19,107 bases of DNA from Ginkgo biloba (lineage: Eukaryota; Plantae; Ginkgophyta), in the NCBI GenBank assembly GCA_024626585.2, contig JANKJI020000004.1:3491374-3510480 (forward strand), written 5' to 3'. Made by a program: the position numbers and the translations under genes. Positions within the stretch are counted from its first letter, which is position 1. The number at the start of each line of letters is the position of its first letter. Under the pieces are notes generated by a model. That model had not been told where the DNA came from and ran no database searches. It was given only the letters and a program-made list of their open reading frames with translations. Below are positions 9,301 to 18,943 of the stretch, in pieces.

Positions 9301-10338
9301 GAAATTAGAATTCTCCTCCCTAACTCAGCTGTAACACCTGGCCCAAATAAGTGAGAGGCATAGGGATAACCCCCTGCATTCCTTGAACATGTGTAACTCA
9401 TATGTGGGAGATGTTCTTGTGTGTAAGTGAGCAAGTGACCTAGTGCAGAAGCAAATAAACACACAAATCCCCTTCAATTAATTAACAAAATAAATTAAAT
9501 GCATTTCTTATGGTTCCCTGCCCTTTTCAACAAGTAGACAAAGATAGGAAAAGTTTTGGAAGAAGGTTGGAGACCTTTAGCTTGTCGTTCCAGTGGTTGA
9601 AGGATGCCCAAATGGGGTCAGAAGGGAGTTTCACCCCACAGACCTCTTCCNNNNNNNNNNNNNNNNNNNNNNNNNNNNNNNNNNNNNNNNNNNNNNNNNN
9701 NNNNNNNNNNNNNNNNNNNNNNNNNNNNNNNNNNNNNNNNNNNNNNNNNNATGATTAAACAAGAAATTGCAACACCACTACACCTATGTCTTTGCTCATG
9801 AGTCACTACTAATAGGACTTTACATAGTAACCTCTAATTTCTTCCTCCAAAGCCAGTGTAAAAAAATGGGCTTTATCTTTAGAAACTCTTCCCCTTTATG
9901 TACTAGATGAACTTAACCCTCTTCTACTCTATTCTGTAAGATGCACTCTCCTCTCTCTACTTTGCACTCTCACTCTCATATTCTCTCTTTCTCTACTTCT
10001 ATCCATCCTTTTTTCATAAGTGTCGATTTAGTTCCATAAGTTCTGCTTAAGGTAGTTGAACTGTCACACCAACCCGTAACTTCGTCATTGGCATCTCTAT
10101 CGAAGTGAGCTATTCCTTTGAATTTTCTTTGTATGTTAGATTGTTTGATTTGAAGGCATCATCGCTAGGATTTTGTCAATCTGTCACCAAATTTTATCCC
10201 ACATCATTCTTCGCCATTGACAATTGGGTTGCAACTTTCACCAATAATGGAGACAAACTTAATTTTCATCCTTTGCAAATAACAACAAAATTACCTCCAC
10301 ACAATCTGCCCACATCGACAATTTGACTTTGTCATTGT

Positions 10339-10467
10339 TGCCAACAATAATAGATTGATCTTACATTAGTTGCCAATAGTGACACATTTGCCTTTTCACC
10401 ACCCGTCGATAGCGGCGCGCTATCCTTAACCATCCACCAACAACGATAGACTCTCTTTGACCATCAT
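10339..10467. repeat. Degenerate ~32-bp minisatellite, about 4 units
   Basis: Units begin TGCCAAC (10339), TGCCAAT (10371), CGTCGAT (10404) and CACCAAC (10435), with similar downstream GATAGA/GACACA..CTT..CCATC. Confidence 0.45.
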
Positions 10468-11843
10468 AGTCTTTACTCTTGGATTCAACAAACGGATCAA
10501 AGATAGATTAATTCTTAGTAATAAATCTTGACTAGATTGATCATCTAGAAGTGAAGCTTCTAACTCATTATATTTTACAAGTTAAGAAAGAAATAAGATT
10601 TTTAATAAATCAACATTTTTAGGGTGATCTTTATGGAGTTAAGGGCTCAAATTTGATCTACCAAGAGATCTCAAAGAGATGCTTATAGACCAAATTTTAG
10701 ATTCTAACTCCTTATGGACACGAAGAAATCATGTTTATAAAATCTTTAATAGGGGTTTCTTTTGATTGTTAAAGAATTATAAGCTCTTCCACCTAACATT
10801 CAAAAGAGAAATCAAGAAGCTACTCAAAAGTACCTTTCTGTACTATGTTTTAAAATCCACTATGTTTTAGATGCTTGAGGTTATAAAGCAAGTTAGGAGA
10901 ATTGCAAGCCATATCAGAACACTTTTTAAAAAAGGAAAGCACATGCTAAAATGTAGTTAAGCAACCTAGATTGAATGGTTAGATACTTGTGTTGTTTAGG
11001 GCTAGTGAAAGTTTCATAACTTGTTGATAGATCTAATGTGTGTGTCTGACAACATATACAAACAAATGCCCTATTTATGAATTAAGACTTAAATTATTTT
11101 CAATGAATTATTTGATTTGATAAATAATTAAGATAAGGAAGATCTCAATTAATGTATGCATCCACTTGGCCTATCAAATNNNNNNNNNNAGGTGCACACA
11201 TTTGGTGTTGCAAATATATGGTCACTTTCAATGTCCTGATCATTGCTATTCAAGTTGCAACACAACAAGGATGCTTGTAATTTGTGGGTACCACCTTACA
11301 TATATGCACAATGTATTTGCAAAGATTATGTTTTTGAAGATTACTAACTTATTATAGAAATATATATATTTTTGGAAAATAAATATTAGTAACAAACCCA
11401 TATGCATAAGAGATGGCATGGCTAAGAAAGGGCAAGTTAAAGGTTAGNNNNNNNNNNNNNNNNNNTGGTGGTAGAAGATGGGAGCAATAGCATATAGTGC
11501 GAAAAGATGCTTTTCAACTTTTGGGTACATTCACGCAAAAATATATTGCCCACTAACATAGAGATGCACCTACCAACCATAAAACAAACAAATGGTTAGA
11601 TGAACCTAATGGAAGTGTGACCATACCAACCCTAAATGACGGTTACTTTGAAAATTTTGCTTGATATCTTATGCATGATTAAGACTTTTTTTTATTTCAA
11701 TAACATGCTAATTTGCTTATTTCATAATAATATAATTGTGCTCGAACGAGAAAAGAACATTTTTGCAGGGTCTCCTTTTGTGTTCTCCGGATAATATTCT
11801 TGAAATATTTTACAATATCTTTTGTACTCATTTTGAAATGTTT

Positions 11844-12130
11844 ACAAAGAGGACCATTCTTGATTTTTCTCATTCATTTACAACACTGGCCGCCCATTCT
11901 TGATTTTTATCATTGATTTTTCTCATTGGCTCTTGGTAAGAGAGCATAAATTTGAGCATGGTCCCATGCAATGCAATAATAGAGGGGATTCTTGATTGTT
12001 TTCAACAATGTTGACAAAGAGGCTCATTCTTGGTTTTCCTCATTAATTTTTTTCACTGGATAAGAGAGCATAAAATTGAGCACGGTCCCATACAACAATA
12101 GAGGGGATGTTTTATATTTTTCAACGGCTG
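11844..12130 (+). repeat. ~125-130-bp tandem duplication (about 2.3 copies) immediately upstream of the NPF gene
   Basis: Blocks recur: ACAAAGAGG..CATTCTTG (11844/12014), CATTCTTG.TTTT..CATT (also about 11895), TAAGAGAGCATAAA.TTGAGCA.GGTCCCA (11937/12061), AATAGAGGGGAT (11978/12097). Confidence 0.9.
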
Positions 12131-12180
12131 CTGACGAGTGAAATTTACAGAGTATCCAGTGCGAAGATCTCTAGCTGGAT

Positions 12181-14309
12181 ATGAGGAGTGATAATGAAGA
12201 ACATATAGATAAGGACGTTGTGGAAGATGGCTCTGTGAATTTTACAGAGCATCCAATCCGAAGATCTCTAACAGGCGGTTGGAAAGCATCCGTATTCATT
12301 ATAGGTAAAAATTTTTGTTTTTTTGTGCAAAATCAATGTTAAATTCATTTATTCAACCTGTTAGCATAATTAATGACATTTTGGTCTTTACAGGAGTGGA
12401 CATTGCAGAGAATTTAGCCTTCTTCAGCATAGCGTCAAACTTGGTTCTGTATCTCACAAATGTTTTTCAGGAAAGCGCTGTATCTGCAGCAAAGAAAGTT
12501 AATATTTGGACAGGAGTTGTAGCCACGGCTTACTTCCTCGGAGCTTTTGTAGCAGATGCTTACTTGGGTCATTACAGGATAATACTCATTTCTTCCATCT
12601 TTTATGTACTGGTTGGTTTTCATACTCTTCACAGATTGTATATGAGAACTCTGCTGTTTAAGTTGTGTGTCATGCAGGGCTTGAATTGTTTGTTCTGTAA
12701 TCACTGACCTTAGTAAATGCTGCAGGGATTACTTGTGCTGATAGTCTCTATAACTTTGACATCTCTGAAACCTCCTCAGTGTGAAAAAACTTTGAGTCCC
12801 TGTACAAAAACAAAAGACTTTTTACATAAGGCCATTTTCTTCTTCGGTCTTTATTTAATCCCTTTGGCTATGGGAGGCCTTAAGCCATGTCTGCCAGCAT
12901 TTGGTGCAAAGCAGTTTGATGATAATAACCCAGAAGAGAGAAAAAGCAAAATGTCCTTCTTCAATTGGTTGTATTTCAGCTACTCTGGTGCTACTCTGGT
13001 GGCACTCACAGTGATAGTGTACATTGAAGACAATCTTGGATGGAATGTGGGATTAGGCATACCAGCTGCCGCCATGACAATGGCCACTATATATTTCTTT
13101 GTGGAAGGAGTTTAGATCGCCGCAGACATCCAAATGGGAGTCCCATTAAGGCATTGATTGCCCAAGTTCTCAGATCAAATGAAAAGTCATGTGAAATGCA
13201 GAATGAAGAATTCTCAGAGACAGGACGGCAGCAGCTTTTGCATATATATCAATATGGGTATCTTTTTGCTAAACTTTCTTTCTATTATTCTCTGTTTAAT
13301 ATGAGAGAGAGTTTTTTTGACATGTTAATAATTTTTCAAATATTTACTCTTTTATCATTCTCTGTTCAATATGAGAGAGGGAGAGAGATTTTTTTTGACA
13401 TGTTAATAATTTTTAAAATATTTTTTAAGATTTTTTCAAATATTTACTCTTTCAATAAATTTTTTCTTTAAGAAAACTGTCAAAATATAACAACTGGGCT
13501 CTAAATAACCCATAAGAATTTCTCCGATAATCATGGATTCTGAAACTCAAGTTTGGATTTTGAAAACTGTTTAGGATAAATCATAAATCAGCAAAAGAAG
13601 ACGTCAAGCACCTTATCAGAATGGCACCCATTTGGGCACAGTCAGCAACATTTTTCACAAAACAGGCAAGCACAATGAACCCAAGAATCGGTCCACACTT
13701 CAAGATACCCCCAGCTTCTCTGCAGACGATTATCTGCATCCCCAGTCTCATACTCTTGCCTCCATATGACCGTGTCTTCGTTCCGCTAGCCCGAAAATTT
13801 ACAGGGGAAGAACGCGGGATATCATTGCTTCAAAGAATAGGAGTGGGTCTGGTTTAATCCACAGTTGCCATTGCTTTAGCAACTCTGACTGAAGGCAAGA
13901 GACTTGCAGTAGCAGAAAAGCATGGGCTTGTGGACATACCCCATGCAACAATTCCAATCACTGTTTTCTGGCTGTTTCCTCAGTATATCTTTTGGGTACA
14001 TCAAGCATATTTACCAGCGTAGGATTGCAGGAATTTTGCTATGATCAGATGCCCCAAACAATGAGAAGTTTGGCCATTGTTGTTTCATTCGGAGTTAATG
14101 GATTGGGCAGTTTCTTGAGCACCATTCTTATTTCTGTTGCTGAAAAATTTACGATCATTGGAGGGCATGAAACCTGGCCTGTGGACAACCTTAACAGATC
14201 TCACCTCAACTATTTCTACTATTTTATGGATGGTCTGAGTGCACTAAACCTATATGTTTATATATATTCTTCTGCCTGCTATTCTTATTGGAAAAATGTG
14301 CAATCTTGA
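12181..14309 (+). pseudogene. NPF: NRT1/PTR family (NPF, NPF5-like) transporter pseudogene, 4 exons: 12181-12304, 12394-12611, 12726-13257, ~13575-14309
   Basis: Motifs DGSVN..TGGWKASVFIIG, GAFVADAYLG, GGLKPCLPAFGAKQFD, SFFNWLY, YIEDNLGW, GSP, PIW, FKIPPASL, LQRIGVGL, GLQEFCYDQMP, DNLNRSHLNYFY. Introns are GT-AG at typical NPF positions (218-nt exon 2). Lesions: frameshift in the TATATAT run (13088-13094), stop TAA 13855-13857, frameshift at about 13990, deletion between PIW and AQS (TM7), missing WRLCTVTQVE segment. The start codon and the exon 4 acceptor are less certain. Confidence 0.93.
13285..13452 (+). repeat. Tandem duplication within NPF intron 3
   Basis: ATTCTCTGTT(T/C)AATATGAGAGAG..TTTTTTTGACATGTTAATAATTTTT..TTTTTCAAATATTTACTCTTT occurs twice; the second copy has short expansions. 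Confidence 0.9.
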
Positions 14310-14966
14310 ATTCCTGCAAGGACACTTTAGGTGTGATCGTGTATGTATATGATAAGATCCGACATTTTTGCCCCCATATTTACATCATGATTCCTTAATA
14401 TTATGCTGAATTAACTAAGATTTATTATTAGTTCCTGCCTTACTATAGCAATCGATTGCCCATTAGTAGCCAATCACGTGTATCTATTTTTCTCATACAT
14501 GGTCTTTTCATCCGTTGTTGTGATGTAAAAATATGAACTATTCAATTTTTCAAAAAAAAATGTTCTCCTTTCCTTTAATTTGATTTGTTTTTTTTGAAAT
14601 ATTCGTACTTTTTTTTTTTTTGTTTATTACTCTAATTTTATTAAAATATTCATAAAATTTTGAAAAAATATGACATTAATTTTCTTTTGAAAAAAAAGAA
14701 GTAGCTACCTCCCTTTAAAATGGTACGTACTAATTTGCAATTTAATCGCTATTTGAATGTATGTAATCTCTGGCTCTTCTTTGGATACGAAATTCATGTG
14801 AAAATGGCAGTGGTTGAGATTAGAGGCAGACATAGTAGCAAACCATGGAGTTATTTGTTGTTTATCTGCACTGGTTAGGTAATGCACTGGCCATGTTTAG
14901 TCGAGGACAGGGGGAATTGAACTTCAAACAGTTCTTCATTGGGTACAATTACTTAACAAAAAGGTA

Positions 14967-15028
14967 TTGCTCATCCCGGTGAAAAAAGAAAGAAGATGGG
15001 ATCCCTGAAGGTTTCATTATTTGGAATC
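14967..15028 (+). pseudogene. Second, short TZF (tandem CCCH) fragment homologous to 2730-2790
   Basis: TTGCTCATCCCGGTGAAAAAAGAAAGAAGATGGGATCCCTGAAGGTTTCATTATTTGGAA aligns with TTGCTCATCCTGGTGAAAAAGCGAGAAGACGGTTCTCTGAAGGTTTCATTATTCAGAA (AHPGEK..RxDP*RFHY). Confidence 0.85.
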
Positions 15029-15429
15029 TAAATTGAACTTTTTTCAGGTTAATCAGATGGTAGTAGAAANNNNNNNNNNNNNNNNNNNNNNNNNNNNNNN
15101 NNNNNTTTGGAGGCTTTTTTATTATGGGTTTTGTTATTGGAGGGTTAAAGATTGTGAGTTTTAGAGGGGTTTGTCATTTTGCTTGGAATTTTGATTATTG
15201 TGGAAGCTTGGGGTTTTGTGATTTTTAGTCCCAGGTCTAGTTTCTAGTGTTAAAGGTTATTGAATATGAACAAGTTTCAAATTTGTTTTAGAATTTACTT
15301 GTGCTATGTTTTTGGAGTGGANNNNNNNNNNNNNNNNNNNNNNNNNNNNNNNNNNNNNNNNNNNNNNNNNNNNNNNNNNNNNNNNNNNNNNNNNNNNNNN
15401 NNNNNNNNNNNNNNNNNNNNNATATTATT

Positions 15430-15770
15430 ACAATTTTGGGGGTTTAATGGGGTTGTATGAATGTAAGGAGTTTGAGGTAATTGGAGAATTTTTGTATTTG
15501 TATTTAATATCCGAGATTAATTCTCAGGAAATACAACTCAGAAGTTTTGGTTTTGGGGTTCTAAGGGCTTGTATGAATGTAAGGAGTTCGAGGTATTTGG
15601 GTAACTTTTGTACTTGTGCTTTTATAATTGGGATTAATTCTTATGGAGTACAATTAAGAAGTTTTAGTTTTGGGGTTCAATGGGCTTGTATGAAGGTAAG
15701 GAGTTTGAGGTATTTGGGGAATTTTCCTACTTGTGTTTTTATAACTAGGATTAGTTCTTATGGAGTTTGT
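15430..15770 (+). repeat. 116-117-bp tandem repeat, about 3 units (may extend into the upstream gap)
   Basis: TTGTATGAA(T/G)GTAAGGAGTT(T/C)GAGGTA recurs at 15453, 15569 and 15686. Confidence 0.92.
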
Positions 15771-15798
15771 ATGGGTTTGAGTTCTTTTTTGAAACAGT

Positions 15799-16383
15799 TG
15801 TTGTAAATGAATCATAGTCAACAATATTTACTCCAGCTCACATGTGGGATGATTCGGTTCATGTTCTTTATCCCTAGAACGATTTGGTTCATATTCTCCA
15901 TGTCTGGGACGTTTTGCTTTGCATTCTCTTCATCCATTGTGGTTGTAAAATTATGTATAAATTGTTTAATTTTTGAATAATTAAAAAAATGTCATTTTGC
16001 CTCCTCTGTACACCTTATGTGGTCACCTTTGATTTTTCTATATTTTTGTCATTGTGGTTTCTCTCTTTGTTCTCTCTGTCAACAATTATTTGCTTCACTA
16101 GTGGTAATACCAGTCATGTTGTGGCATTTGGTCTTTTCTAAAGCGTGGTGGGCCCATAACCAATAACAATAAGAATGTAAGTAACTTTATTGTCCTAAGT
16201 GGTCACTTGCATTTTTGGCGTAGGTAGCTCTCCATCAGTTGATGGAAACTTACTTGCAACCTGATAGTTCACCGTTAGTTGACATAAACATACTTGCAAC
16301 CTGTATGCTAATAACTTTTCCATTGGGTTACTTGCATCTTTGTTGTAAGTAGTCATTCGAGACAGAAGCGACTAAAAATAACA
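15799..16383 (+). repeat. Copia 5' LTR (585 bp)
   Basis: TGTTGTAAATGAA...GCGACTAAAAATAACA followed directly by the PBS. Confidence 0.93.
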
Positions 16384-16393
16384 TGGTATCAGA
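16384..16393 (+). other. Primer-binding site (tRNA-iMet)
   Basis: TGGTATCAGA directly after the LTR terminal CA. Confidence 0.9.
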
Positions 16394-16552
16394 ATGATAG
16401 GTTGTGTGAAGGAGAATTTCATCTCCCTCCTATATCTGTTTGACAACATAAGNNNNNNNNNNNNNNNNNNNNNNNNNNNNNNNNNNNNNNNNNNNNNNNN
16501 NNNNNNNNNNNNNNNNNNNNNNNNNNNNNNNNNNNNNNNNNNNNNNNNNNNN

Positions 16553-17020
16553 TGTAATGCTGATTGGGCAGGTGATGTGGACCAAAGAAAGTCTACATCT
16601 GGTTACTATTTTATGCTTACAGGAGGACTAGTGTTATGGGAAAACAAGAAATGGTTGAATATTTCTTTGTCTAGTGCTAAAGCAGAGTATATATGGGCAT
16701 GTTTTACAAGAAAGGAATTGATTTGGCTAAGAAGGTTGTTGGAATATCTTGGTGTTAGGGAGAAATAGCCTCTAATCCTTATATGTGATAGTTAGATTTG
16801 TTTGGATGTGATCTAAAATCCTATATTCCATGCTAGGACTAGATATATTGAGATGAGGTATCATTTTTTCAGGTAATACATTGAGAAGAAGGTGTTACAT
16901 ATGGATTTCTATAAAATTGGTCATATGATGGAAGATGCACTAACGAAGGAATTGTCTAGAGATAAGTTCAAATTTTGTAGAGATGCCTTCGATATGAATG
17001 CAAGGATGGAGATGGTGTAA
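16553..17020 (+). pseudogene. Copia pol RNase H domain, degenerate
   Basis: NADWAGDVDQRKSTSGY..SLSSAKAEY..IWLRRLL..LICDS*..NPIFHARTRYIEMRYHFFR*..EDALTKEL, with several in-frame stops. Confidence 0.95.
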
Positions 17021-17039
17021 ATATTTGACTGAGTGGGAA

Positions 17040-17614
17040 TGTTGTAAATGAACTACAATCAACAATATTTACTCCAGTTCATATGTGGGATGATTCGGTT
17101 CATGTTCCTCATCCCTAGAACGATTTCATTCATATTCTCCATGTCTGGGACATTTTGGTTCACATTCTCTTTTCCCATTNNNNNNNNNNNNNNNNNNNNA
17201 AGTTTTGAATAGTTAAAAAAATATCATTTTGCCTCCTTTGTACACCCTGTGTGGTCACCTTTGATTTATTTGTATTTCTATAGTTGTGGTTTCTCTCTCT
17301 GTTCTCTCTGTCAAGGGTCATTTGTTTCATTGGTGGTAATATCAATCCTGCTATGAGATTCGGTCTTTTCTAAAGCATGGTGGCCTATAACCAATAACAA
17401 TAAGAATGCAAGTAAATTTATTGTTCTAAATGGTCATTTTCATTTTTGGCGTAGGTAGCTCTCCATCACTTGATGGAAACTTACTTGCAACCTGATAGTG
17501 CATTGTTAGTTGACGAAAACTTAGTTGCAACTTGTATGCAAGTAACTTTTTCGTTGAGTTATTTATGTCTCAGTTGCACGTAATCATTCAAGACATAAGC
17601 GACTAAAAATAACA
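17040..17614 (+). repeat. Copia 3' LTR (~575 bp incl. small gap)
   Basis: Preceded by the PPT; colinear with the 5' LTR; ends GCGACTAAAAATAACA. Confidence 0.93.
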
Positions 17615-17964
17615 ANNNNNNNNNNNNNNNNNNNNNNNNNNNNNNNNNNNNNNNNNNNNNNNNNNNNNNNNNNNNNNNNNNNNNNNNNNNNNNNNNNNNN
17701 NNNNNNNNNNNNNNNNNNNNNTTTATATTTCATTTATATATGCTTTTCTTTCTGAATGCATAATTTCTTTATGCTAGCATATTTATTTCAGTACACAAAT
17801 TTTGCTTTATTCTCTTATTGCATTTTACATGTTTAGCCATCCCTTTAGGAGTTCATTGAGGGCTATTCAACAGAGCAAGCATCTTCTTGCATAAGGATCT
17901 CATCCCCCACCATACTCACTTGTGTTTTATATATTGATGTTGTTAATTACTTCATCCCATCTAT

Positions 17965-18160
17965 GCATTCTGTAGGGATAATATTTGGCATAAACCATTT
18001 CAATGGTATAGAGGATGAAATCGATATCCATCCCTAACATATCTTCGTAGGTCCAAGCAAAGCATGATCTCTAAATGCCCTAAATAAGGCTGTGTATATA
18101 TCTTGATCTTCAAGAGAATCTTAGGTTCATCACGGATATATATATATTGATAACCCTAGT
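17965..18160 (-). mobile_element. Ty3/gypsy (Tat/Ogre-like) pol fragment just N-terminal to RT
   Basis: Minus strand RVINI..DEPKIL..EDQDIYTALFRAFRD/FAWTYEDMLGMDIDFILYTIEM..PYRMH matches the Tat-clade INLGT..DVFAWSYEDMPGID..H.I motif, with frameshifts. Confidence 0.75.
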
Positions 18161-18298
18161 TTATTTTATTCTCATAAGATTTCTCTCTTCAAAAGTGTAG
18201 GGAGTGGGAGCGAGGACTCCTTTAACTAACCCTTAAGGAATGATATCATGTGTTTCTAAATGAAAGATAAAATTACTAGGAAGCCAAAAATAAATCAA

Positions 18299-18943
18299 TG
18301 GGGTTTTGGAATCAAATAGGGTTGAGATTTATTCTGGAACTTTCATTTCTAGTTGAGCTACGCTGAGAAAGGTTGTGGTTGTGTGAAGTTTGACTGGATT
18401 AATATTTTCCTCTTGGGAAATAGTTCTTTTAAGTTTTTTTTGGAGGGTTTTGAGTGGCTTAATAAACTTGTAAATGCTTGATGCTTTTAAGGATTTTCTT
18501 ATGAGTAGGATAATGTAAAAGTTGATTTGTTGAAATTGGATGAGGAGATTCTTGTTAGTTTGCTTTTGGATATTAAAAATTATCCTTTGGGGGTAAGATT
18601 TCATGTTAACTAGCATCGGAAGCCATGTCAGTGGTGATGGTCTTAGCTTGTAGAACCTAGTTTAAGGTAGGTAGGCTCTCTAAGGTGGCCCTTCGGGGAG
18701 AATTGGCCGCAAAATTTTAGTACGTGATATTGGTTCTGCATATGGAATGAAGTAGGAAAAATCAGGTTTGATGGATTGTGGGAATTTTGGCCACAAAATT
18801 TGACAACATCTTTGCTCTTAGATGGGTTTTGGTGGGGATGAAATGAAATGTTCTAAATAGTATGCTATGAGTTACGATTTGATGGATCTACGCTAGAAAA
18901 AGTAAACTACTTTTACATGGTCTTGTCAAGGCATTTGAGGATC
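18299..18943 (+). repeat. Dispersed ~640-bp repeat, copy 2 (probably Tat-like gypsy protease-RT spacer on the minus strand)
   Basis: Colinear with 1791-2432. On the minus strand it lies just upstream of the FAWTYEDM fragment. Confidence 0.95.

Larger units (their letters stand above)
15799..17614 (+). mobile_element. Ty1/copia LTR retrotransposon (old; most of the internal region lies in or is collapsed into the gap at 16453-16552)
   Basis: Two homologous LTRs (15799-16383 and 17040-17614) with TGTT...AACA termini, PBS TGGTATCAGA (16384), copia RNase H as the last domain, PPT GAGTGGGAA (17031-17039). The 5' flank is ACAGT and the single visible base after the 3' LTR is A, compatible with a 5-bp TSD. 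Confidence 0.95.

Noticed and set aside
12315-14309. The five NPF ORFs as separate genes or as a functional gene rescued by editing/frameshifting
   Set aside because: They are consecutive parts of one transporter; multiple frameshifts, a stop and TM deletions indicate a pseudogene.
15430-15770. Tandem repeat as a CRISPR-like array or as a coding repeat (ORF 15306-15806)
   Set aside because: Whole units are homologous with no unique spacers, the context is eukaryotic, the unit length varies (116/117), and the ORF spans Ns.
15799-17614. TRIM/mini-retrotransposon call based on the short LTR-to-LTR distance
   Set aside because: The interior contains an unsized 100-N gap and a normal RNase H end, so the true length is unknown.
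1791-18943. The 640-bp direct repeats as LTRs of one giant element enclosing the window
   Set aside because: No TG...CA termini with PBS/PPT or TSD. The repeat looks like internal pol spacer, and copy 1 continues into related coding-like sequence.
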